From Octopus bimaculoides (taxonomy: Eukaryota), in contig NC_068982.1 in NCBI RefSeq assembly GCF_001194135.2, positions 144,943,528 through 144,989,251 on the forward strand: a stretch of DNA of 45,724 bases. Direction: 5' to 3'. A program made the position numbers and the translations under genes. This document shows positions 36,263-45,724 of this stretch, piece by piece; within the stretch, counting starts at the first letter, position 1, and each line of letters begins with the position of its first letter. The notes beneath the pieces were generated by a model that ran no database searches, was not told the origin of the DNA, and worked only from the letters and a program-made list of their open reading frames with translations.

Positions 36263-37255
36263 AATGTGTGAATGTGTGCGTTCGCAATGGAAACGTTTCC
36301 GTGTGTGCGTAATGGAAACGTACAACTCTGAAGATTAAAACTGAGATCATTTCAAATAGGTTTGAGTATGTGTATGTATGAGTGTGATTGGGAAATATTT
36401 GAATGCTTCTATTTGCGATTGTTATGTAGTTCATTTAGTATCTTGTTTAAATAACAATTAGCCATCAATTATAAACGGCATGGGGTCAGCTAATAAGTAA
36501 ATATAATAATAACAAAACGGTAGTAGGATAATTAAATGAATTAAACGTAAAAATCCACCGTCTTACAAACACAGATGGATCAAAATTGAAATGCTCACAA
36601 TATCTTAAAATCAAATTTTAAAAAAAACCCAAAAAACAAAAGAAACAAGCTAGAGGAACAAACTAGAGTTGTAAAAATCCAAAGGGTAAAACTGAAATGA
36701 TCAAACTCTCAAAAACCCCTAAATCATCTAATAAAGCACTTATAATAGACAACCATATTAAAAAAAATTTAAACGTGCATTTATTCTTATGAACACAGAA
36801 AAGACCCCTTTCAGATTTAGAGTTCAGCAGCCTTCTTCTAGAAAATAGAATCAAAAATAATTCCTCAGAACAAAGAGAGCAGAACCTATTACCAATTGTA
36901 TAAGCCCTAGAATGCTCCATTCAATAAAGTACGTTTTATTATTATCTTTAAGATTCCAGATGAAATTACTAAGACTAGTAGAAGAAGGCCTATTTCTGTT
37001 CCTAAAGGAATGGTAATGATTCGAAACCCTTTTCTTAATATAATTAGCAGAAGAACCTATATAAAAGTAATCATTACCTTTAGAAATAACTTTAGCTTGA
37101 CAAACTTCCCTAACGCATACAAAAATGACCAAATAAACAATTTTCTTTTGTTTCTACAATCACAAAGGGAATTCTCACCCCTATTTGCACCTTCATCAAA
37201 TGAATTATAATTAAGTGAAAGGCTGTTACCTCCACTATTATTGAAACTTATATAT
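35753..37255 (-). mobile_element. 5'-truncated Penelope-like element (Cys-rich linker + GIY-YIG), 3' region interrupted by a nested repeat and running into a gap
   Basis: CDCRNKRK...VCQAKVISKGNDYFYIGSSANYIKKRVSNHYHSFRNRNRPSSTSLSNFIWNLKDNNKTYFIEWSIL...RAYTIGNRFCSLCSEELFLIL...LLNSKSE...CVHKNK, typical of the PLE YIG/C.LC.EE/LN.R.E/C.H pattern. Confidence 0.85.
36055..36510. mobile_element. Second copy of the microsatellite-carrying repeat (cf. 24330-24990), apparently nested in the PLE 3' region
   Basis: Shared blocks caacatatgaat(a/g)agaaaggaa, ttcaactct(a/g)tgt(t/g)agtatatgtg, gggaggtatgtgaatg, caactctgaa and acaattagcc...catgggg(c/t)cagcta. Confidence 0.65.
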
Positions 37256-37258
37256 ATA

Positions 37259-37520
37259 TTTTCCAGTTTTGAATATCTGGCGTTCTTGTTATCGTTCATT
37301 TATTTGTTCACGTCTGGGCTACGAATGGTCTTTGCATATTTCTGTTGGTCGTAATCATTCATACCAGTATGTAATTCCTGATGAGGAACCTAATTTGTAT
37401 TTCATGAAGAATTTTTCGTCTTTGTCTTTGGAATAAATTAAACCCCGAAACAATTTGTAGAATGTATATTGAATTAAAGTTCGTCTACACTTATGATTTT
37501 TTCCTTTCCTTATACTTCAT
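37259..37520 (+). mobile_element. Inverted pseudo-LTR of the adjacent PLE
   Basis: 37259-37310 is the reverse complement of 35753-35804 (49/52 identical). Contains the hammerhead at 37369-37469. Confidence 0.8.
37369..37469 (+). ncRNA. Type-I hammerhead ribozyme motif with intact core and 62-nt stem II
   Basis: Stem I ATTC/GAAT plus 5 more pairs past a G bulge; CTGATGA 37378-37384; GG/CC and taattt/aaatta pairing in stem II; GAAAC 37447-37451; AATTT loop; GTA with predicted cut 3' of 37459. Confidence 0.75.
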
Positions 37521-37614
37521 ATACTGTTTTTGCAAATACTGAATATACATTTTTATATATATTCTTTACTTGGACTTTACTGGCGGACTTGGATGTTTGA
37601 CATCCCATTGAAAA

Positions 37615-37680
<66 letters not shown>

Positions 37681-38550
37681 NNNNNNNNNNNNNNNNNNNN
37701 NNNNNNNNNNNNNNNNNNNNNNNNNNNNNNNNNNNNNNNNNNNNNNNNNNNNNNNNNNNNNNNNNNNNNNNNNNNNNNNNNNNNNNNNNNNNNNNNNNNN
37801 NNNNNNNNNNNNNNNNNNNNNTTTGTTAGTTTGTTAGTTTTATAACTAAGAATACCGCCATTCAGTATACCAATACGTTATAATCTACAGTTTGTGTACT
37901 TTTACTGGAATATTAGCGCTAGGGTGAAATAGCTGTTTCTTGCCAAGTATCAGACCCTCATTAGAAGCAAATATATTGTTTATGATAAGATTTGAAATCA
38001 GTAAACAGTAAAATCTTTGCAAATCAATGTCAAAATGAAAGCAAGCAGAAATATATAAAAAAATATCTCGGTCGATATTTAATGGGAAAATAGAACTTGA
38101 ATTAGAAATATATATTTTGGCATAAAAAGGTTATACTGCATCATGTGAGTCAATTGGCAGTACGAATTTAAATCATACATGAAGGTATGGAGAAAAACAG
38201 ATAGTTACTACAAAAGTATATAGATACAATTTATTGATGTAATGGTGAATCTGCTACTGGTAAATGATGAAAAGGAAAAAAAAAAAAAGGCGATAAATAT
38301 GTTTCACTTAGCCTCTGAAAAGTAAAATGCATATGCTATCGACAAAAATAGTTTTAAAATCAGGAAATATATATATTCCAAAATATTATATATAACAGGA
38401 TTGAGAAAAAATCTTATTTGAATATATATTTTACGAAAAACCCCAAAACAAAACACGAAAGTGTTTGATATATATAAAGATATATATATGCACGTACGAA
38501 AGTATGTGTGTGTATATATATGTATATATGTATACATATACATACATATA

Positions 38551-38604
<54 letters not shown>

Positions 38605-39189
38605 GTATTGATATGTAGCATATTTGGTGACCTATATACTGTTTTTACAACAATTTTTTTAGAGAAAATATGTTGTTTTCTTGCCTATATTTTATATTTT
38701 TCAGATTTAGTGAAACCTAGTTATCTCCCTTCTTCTATAAAAAAAANNNNNNNNNNGTGATGTTATATCTAACGAATTGTTTAATTCTACGAAACGTATT
38801 GTGTACTTATTCTAATGCTTACGTACAAAAGCGCGTGCGCACACATGTATGTATGTATGTATGTATGTATGTATGTATGTATGTATGTATGTATCTATCT
38901 ATCTATCTATCTAGCGTGCTAACGATTTTGCCATCTTGCCGCCTTATACACAGCTATTAATAATAGCATGTAAATATTGGGTTGCAAAACCATTTTGAAT
39001 TGAAAAAGCTGAAGGCTGTCTTGTGTCCTCGTTAAATATCTAAAGGTGGTAAAATGTTACATCCCTAGCATGGCATAAATAATAAATGCATTCATACATG
39101 CATACATACAAACAAACATACATACATACATACATACATACATACGTAAAAGTATGTATGTATGTACACACGTATGTATGTATATATGT

Positions 39190-39308
39190 TTTATCTATGT
39201 GCCCTTTTAAAGCCTAGCCAGGCTCATGGGCCCGGTTTCCTGGTTTCTATGGCGTATGTGTTCCTCCCCCCCCCAGTCAGTCCATCGCAGGCTCATGGGC
39301 CCGGTTTC
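39190..39308 (-). mobile_element. 3' tail of a family C-type SINE, truncated by a gap
   Basis: aaagcctagccaggctcatgggcccggtttcc...cagtccatcgcag, homologous to the reverse complement of 15300-15380. Confidence 0.6.
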
Positions 39309-40619
39309 NNNNNNNNNNNNNNNNNNNNNNNNNNNNNNNNNNNNNNNNNNNNNNNNNNNNNNNNNNNNNNNNNNNNNNNNNNNNNNNNNNNNNNNNNNNN
39401 NNNNNNNNNNNNNNNNNNNNNNNNNNNNNNNNNNNNNNNNNNNNNNNNNNNNNNNNNNNNNNNNNNNNNNNNNNNNNNNNNNNNNNNNNNNNNNNNNNNN
39501 NNNNNNNNNNNNNNNNNNNNNNNNNNNNNNNNNNNNNNNATATATATATATATATAAAGGGACAACTGACGAAGAGGTATACTCTTTATGTTGCATGTCT
39601 CGTTTCTCTGTTTGTTTTTGTCGTTGTTTGAAAAAAGTCCGTTTTCTGTTTTCGTTTTTGTTTTCGTTTCTCATTGTGTTTAACGTTTTTTTGATGTCCT
39701 GTACCCATATATGCATGTATGTATAGATATAGATGTAGGTATGTACATATATGTATGTATATATGTATATATGTATATATGTATATATTATTTATATTAT
39801 ATATATATGTGAGTATCTAGTTGTCACTAAAACGTACACTAGTAAGTTTATTTTACATTTTCCACCGTAATGCTTCCATTTATTTATCAATCCACGCTAA
39901 CAACACTTGCATTGTCATAATGTTCCCTGGCAATTGCTACTGTTTTCTCTAGGAATAGAAAAGGAATAAACGATCTCTATTGAAACAAGGAAACACTGCA
40001 TTTTAATCAAATTGTCTAGTTTTAACAATAAAACTAAAATGTGTATTTATTACAAACAGATGCGGTGTGTTGTATGTGTGAGTGTGTGTAGTGTTTATTA
40101 CATTGAACTGTGGCTGAGCTGTGTTTCAACCGTTTGTATCGCTCCCAGTTTTTTTTCTTTTTGAGGGGATCGGTCGGAGGTACAGGAAAGAAATTACTGA
40201 AGGTCTATTTACGACAGCAGTTATCTCTTGAGTTCACTACCCGAAGATAAAGGACACTATCAGGATAAGGCGAAGCGTAACTGAAGAAATCATTGTTATG
40301 TTGAAGTTCCCTTTAGATCAACCTTAATTGAGTATATATATAACAAAGCATTCTTGGCATAAAAATCCCATCATTTTAGAGTTATATAGAACTACATTAT
40401 GTAATGTGTCCTGTCTTGATATGAAATATTTGATGTGATTTGAAGGACATTTAGTTGCTATTTTAGCTGGTAACAACGACGTAGAGACACCTCCATTAGC
40501 TCGAAATTGAACACGCTTACGTGGCAACCATGTGTCAGAGGAATGAAGCTTAAGGTGAGGAGTCGAACCGGATAACTCGTGGAGTATTATGTTGTTGCTA
40601 TTACTGTGTGTGTATGTGC

Positions 40620-40955
40620 GTACCAAAGTTCAGTACAGTACCAAAGTTCCCATCTTCTCCATCGAGGATACGAACTCAATATTGTAATAGCTTGGGATTC
40701 AAGAGATCACAACTTTTTAATGCCCTACTACAGAACATCAGGGATCTGCGAGGTGTGGACATGGAAGTCTTAAAAAAAACGTGTAGACAGCTTTTTTATC
40801 TGCAATACCGGATGAACCCACATCGTGGCAAGAGGCACAAAGAAGAGCGGCAACGCCCAACTCGCTACTTCGCCAGAAGCAATACTGGAAAATCCCCGGA
40901 TGCAGTAAAGGTGGTGCACTAGCATGACCTCAGTCTCTTGCTGAAACCCATAAGA
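40620..40955 (+). mobile_element. 3' end of a CR1/L2-group LINE
   Basis: SRIRTQYCNSLGFKRSQLFNALLQNIRDLRGVDMEVLKK...IPDEPTSWQEAQRRAATPNSLL, followed by a 3' UTR shared with the family B SINE tail. Confidence 0.8.
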
Positions 40956-40985
40956 GATTATATATATACATACATATACACACAC

Positions 40986-41099
<114 letters not shown>

Positions 41100-41189
41100 G
41101 TATATATATGTATATATGTATATATATATATGTATATATATGTACTTGTATATGTGTACTTGTATATATGTACTTGTATATGTGTACTT

Positions 41190-41325
41190 GTGTGTCTGTA
41201 TTTGTTCCTCCGCCATCACTTGAGAACGGGTGCTGGTGCGTTTACGTCCCCGTAACTTAGCGGTTCGGCAAAGAGGCCGATAGAATCAGTACTAGGCTTG
41301 CAAAGAATAAGTTCTGGTGTCGATA
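41190..41325 (+). mobile_element. Family B SINE 3' half
   Basis: ccatcacttgagaacgggtgctggtgcgtttacgtccccgtaacttagcggttcggc...gaataagttctggtgtcgat. Confidence 0.85.
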
Positions 41326-41490
41326 TATATATACATATATACGTATATATGTATATATATATATGTATGTGTATATATATATATATACATGTATATATAT
41401 TTATATATATGTGTATACATATACATATTTATATATGTATCTATATGTGCAACTCACAACAATGACATTGACAGTAACATCAACAATAAT

Positions 41491-41528
<38 letters not shown>
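41491..41528. repeat. (CAG)n array within a degenerate (AAC/AAT) tract
   Basis: Direct reading. No coding context found. Confidence 0.9.
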
Positions 41529-41530
<2 letters not shown>

Positions 41531-41692
41531 ATATTAGTTTCTACAACAGCAGCAACAACAACATTAGTAATTACATTACTAGATATAGCAACATCAACAA
41601 CAACAGCATCAGAGGCGAATCTGCAGTTTTATACGTTATCCAGAAACATGTTGCTATAAAATAAAGCTAAACAAAAGAAAAAAAACCCCAGA

Positions 41693-41990
41693 CAGATCCC
41701 AGTACTAATTTTTCAAGTCTGATACTTATTTTATTGTTGTCTTTTGCTGAACCTATTAGTTACGGGGACATAAATAAAGGAACACCAGTTGTCAAGAAGT
41801 GATGGGAGACAAACACAACACAACACACATACACGGATATATGACGGGACTCTTTCAGTTTTCGTCAACCAAATCCACTTAGCCACGTGCTAAAGTAGAA
41901 GACACTTGATCAAGGTACCGCGTAGTGGAAGTGAACGCATGACCAAGTGGCTGGGAACGTGCTTCTTAACGACACTGCCACTCCTGCACC
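41693..41990 (-). mobile_element. Family B SINE, diverged
   Basis: gacgggactctttcagtttt, aaatccact, agtagaagacacttgatcaagg and gccactcctgcacc. Confidence 0.8.
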
Positions 41991-42332
41991 TACTTAAAAA
42001 ACCCTCAAAGAAAGTAGTGAGAATACTAATTTGTAATTACATATTTTTAACAACACATTTTTAAAGTGATTGTAGCCACTTTTACTACATGATTTACTAA
42101 TTAAAAATAATTAACTTTACAACGTTGTCTGATAATAATTAGGTTTAATGACTTACACAGTATTAATTTAATTGAAAAACGAATATTTAGGTTGGAATTT
42201 GTTTTTCGAGCAATTTTGTGCGTATATGTGCGCGTGGTGGTGCGTGTTTATGTGCGTGCGTATGTATGTATGCGCGGAACGAGTATTTGTGTATGTGCTT
42301 GTATGTATATGTTATGTATGTATGTATGTATG

Positions 42333-42364
<32 letters not shown>

Positions 42365-42400
42365 NNNNNNNNNNNNNNNNNNNNNNNNNNNNNNNNNNNN

Positions 42401-42434
<34 letters not shown>

Positions 42435-42829
42435 ATGTGTGTGTGTGTGTTTGCACGCGTGTGCCCAGCATGGCTGAATAGTTAGGAAGTTCATTTCACA
42501 GTCAAGCTGTCTCGAGATCAATTCCGTTGCGGGGATGTTACACCAGTGTCTTTTACGTTGTCCTCGAGTCGCCCTAAACCTGAGGAGTGAAATTTTTAGC
42601 TGAATTATAGGCCCTGGGGCAAATCTGCTCCTTGAACCTTATAATATTTATTTATTGACTGCAAGCTACAGCATACATAGATGAGAATTGAGCCCCTATA
42701 TCCTTGAGGCCCCCGAACAACTTCCCAGTATACTCTAAAGTGGTACAGTGAGGGGTCCGTTATTCAACGATCCACCCTTATCATTCTTTATCATTCTTCT
42801 TCCACCTCATCACCATATTCGTTTCAAAT

Positions 42830-42995
42830 TTTGGTACAAGGCCAGCAGTGTTGGAGGTGGAGTAAATCGATTACACCAACCCCCAGTGCTCAATTGGTAC
42901 TTATTTTATCGACCATGGACGAATGCGGCGGAATTTGAACTCAGAACGGAAAGCCGGACGAAATACCGCTAAGCATTTTGATCGCTTCTGCCATC
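42830..42995 (-). mobile_element. Family A SINE, internally deleted
   Basis: ggtacttattttatcgacc, gcggcggaatttgaactcagaac and gacgaaataccgctaagcattt. Confidence 0.8.
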
Positions 42996-45270
42996 TCTTA
43001 CACAAATATGCACTAGTTGGATTGCTAAACATTGTTGAATCAGTAATAATTTTATACTAGGAAAGAGTATAAAAAAATTATTTTATGCTATATTTTACTC
43101 AATAGTTTGAACAACCTCATTCTACATTTAAAATTTAATATGTAAACACTTCATTTTAAATTACAAGATTTTTAATACGCAAGATCTTTATAAAACTACC
43201 GTGAAATTAAATTATGCTACTATGTTCAACTTTTGTAAACTCCAGATCTAAAATTAATATCAGAAATCTTTCTGCTACATTTTAATTGCCTCTCTTACAA
43301 GCACCTGTAATATTTTTGCTTTCTATCCCCACTTTCAGTAAGTGCTTTTTAAAAGCTCTGCTTCAATATGCTAAAGGCTCTCTTGCTGATAAAATCACTT
43401 CAAAATCCTGTAAGGCATTCACAAAATCTTTTGGAAATGAAGTTTTCCCAACATTTTCATATCTTGAATAATCTTTAAAAATGTCATCCAAAAATATTTA
43501 GAGTTTAAAGGATTTTAAAATATATTGGTCGAGTTTAAAACAAGCTTCATTTTATATACTTAATAATTTTCGTTATATAGTTTGTCTTATCAATATTCTA
43601 ATATTTTAAACAAGAAATTCAAATCTCAGAGTTTCGTTAAATATTTACTAAAGAATTTTATATAAGTCTTCAGGTTAATTTTTTCTTCTAGCGGTTTATA
43701 TAACATAAACGAATTTCGATCTCATGTTATTAATATTTTTTATTTAATATTTTATACATATGGAGCCTTTCTTTTACATCATTTAAAAAATACATTTACA
43801 TGTGTTTAAAATAATAATTCTTTGATGCATGTTTTAATTTTTAATTAAAAAAATTTGATACGTGTCACTAACAACTTTCCGCACGCTTAGTTCATAATGA
43901 TATTTCAACAATGAATATCAACATTAAAAAAAAAAAACAAGCAAAAAAACCCCAAAACAAAACAACAATAACAAAAGCAAAACAAAGCAAAACAACAAAA
44001 AAACCCCAGCAAAACCGAACAGATAAACAAACAAAAATACTGTTATAACTGTCAGCCAATCAGAACAAATCTACATCCTCAAAATATTGTGTATAATTTC
44101 AAAATTCAAAAACAGGAATTTGTTGAATTGTGTCGGCAACAAGTGCTTCAAAGGAAATGTGATAATAATCAAATAAATGCAATTAGATATAATGTAAACC
44201 ACACTCTTTGTCTCTTTAACTCCTTCTCCCATATCTCCCAAATATTTTAATCCTATAGACGTTAAAGTTCTCTATAACTTCATCCTTCGTGATAACGGCA
44301 TCCTAGACCTCCAATTATTCCTGAACCATCGCATCACATCTGAACTCACCAACCATACAGTCTTCCTTTTCTTCGAGCTCGTCCTTACCTTCAAGTCTTT
44401 TTTTTTTTCACCAGCGAGTTCCCACAACATATCACAAGAATGATTAAAGGTACAACTTGTTTGTTGTTTATCTTGTGGAACTGATGTTCACTGATTTCAC
44501 CAGTCACCTTTAGCGCTACATATATATCGGCATCTGTATCGGCGCCCCTTATTCACATCAACTCTATTTCCTTCATAACTCTTTTCCAAGTCGCCTTGAA
44601 TTTCACTCCCATTACCTCTGATTCCCATTTTTTTAGTTCCACTCCTCAGTTACATACATGACCATAACCTACGCGAGCTCTTCATCAAAAGTTCCTTTAC
44701 TCTTTAAAGCGACCTACCCGGAAGTCCACTTGCTCCTCTTCCCGTTGTCTTTTCATTTACAATATACCAAATTTACACGATCCTCAAATCACTTTCCTAG
44801 TTGCTGACTAATTTACTTATACTTCAAGCCATATAATAGTGCATCAAATGTCAACAATATAATAATTTGTGCATGGGTGAAATGAGTCGATGTTAACTAC
44901 ATAACACCTGGGAAAACTTACCTGCTTGATTTTCAGCACAACATTCAGGGTCATCTTGAACCCGTACATATCCATTTTACTCCCTCTGTCTGACTCATAT
45001 CACCACTATTTTTCTTCTGGCTACTCAAATACCATCACAACTCTCCCATTAAGCTGCTAAGGAATGTTTTCTCTGTTATCGATTTTTTCTATTTGCTGCC
45101 TGGCGTCATCCAGAAGCACATATTTTCCATTCCCTCACGGCAATTTCATTTATATTATATTATCTTTTACTAGCATATTTCCTGCATATTTCCTAACACT
45201 GTTCTTCCAATTTCAATAGTCACCCGAAGAACAGCAACGAGAAACTTGGCATAACGATTTATCAAAATTT

Positions 45271-45330
<60 letters not shown>

Positions 45331-45342
45331 CATACATATATA

Positions 45343-45540
45343 TCTTCTTTTATTCTTTTACTTGTTTCAGTCCTTTGACTTCGACCATGCAGGAGCACCG
45401 CCTTTTAGTCGAACAAATCAACACCAGAACTTATTCTTTACAAGCCTAGTACTTATTCTATCGGCCTCTTTGTCGAACCGTAAGTTACGAGGACGTAAAC
45501 GCACCAGCACCGGTTCTCAAGTGATGGTGGAGGGACAAAT
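45343..45540 (-). mobile_element. Family B SINE 3' half
   Basis: Tail ggcggtgctcctgcatggtcgaagtcaaaggactgaaacaagtaaaagaa. The body is closely similar to the reverse complement of 41190-41325. Confidence 0.88.
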
Positions 45541-45724
45541 AAATATTAAATTCTAATATATAATAAATAAATAAAAATATTAATAGTCGTAAATTAAATA
45601 ATATTATGAAATAAACTAAAATACTACTATTGATTTAGTCTTATCAAAATCGTAGTGTCATTGTAATATAAAACCTTAAACTTACTAAAATATTAACCTA
45701 CCAATAAAAACAAAATATAGCTAC

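Noticed and set aside
39560-39600. CTGACGA-AGAG/CTCT hairpin (and the similar gccgatgaaggg near 35110)
   Set aside because: No GAAA follows stem II, so it is not a hammerhead as it stands. At most these are pseudo-LTR relics.
40324-40626. Minus ORF containing WLP followed by GTAAGC, considered as a receptor exon
   Set aside because: No transmembrane character or TACR similarity, and no good acceptor.
43620-43680. Minus-strand CTGAAGA...GAAAC spacing like a hammerhead
   Set aside because: No UH triplet in register, no stem I and no stem II pairing; a chance match.
43100-43800. AT-rich stretch with faint resemblance to a hAT dimerisation domain (DDIFKDYSRYENVGK...)
   Set aside because: The similarity is too weak and interrupted to support a call without an HMM search.
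44916-45116. Perfect splice donor CAG|GTAAGT at 44922/44921 on the gene strand, considered as the end of the missing exon 2
   Set aside because: The phase-2 frame needed to join exon 3 has a TGA four codons upstream, and no DRY/TM4/ECL2 sequence appears in any frame.

Overview
AT-rich, microsatellite- and gap-laden animal genomic DNA. The SINE families and repeat landscape point to an octopus (inference, not proven). The window holds the last three coding exons of a minus-strand tachykinin-receptor-type GPCR gene: 32439-32289 (TM5/ICL3), 23636-23440 (TM6-TM7) and 7282-7030 (helix 8/C-tail/stop). All splice sites are canonical GT-AG. The two internal exons are 151 and 197 bp, the sizes and phases I recall for human TACR1 exons 3 and 4. 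Exons 1-2 are not visible (outside the window or in a gap). The introns are filled with decayed mobile elements: tRNA-derived SINEs, two Penelope-like elements (PLEs) with inverted pseudo-LTRs, a mariner, a Gypsy LTR+gag fragment, CR1/L2-group and RTE LINE fragments, and a tRNA-Glu fragment. The most striking unannotated structure is a set of type-I hammerhead-ribozyme motifs in PLE pseudo-LTRs, several with unusually long stem II inserts. One sits in a ~317-bp head-to-head foldback at 34605-34921. A separate 124-bp spacerless palindrome lies at 25475-25598. Almost all ORFs in the supplied track are microsatellite or N-gap artefacts. All analysis was done by eye and repeat boundaries are approximate.
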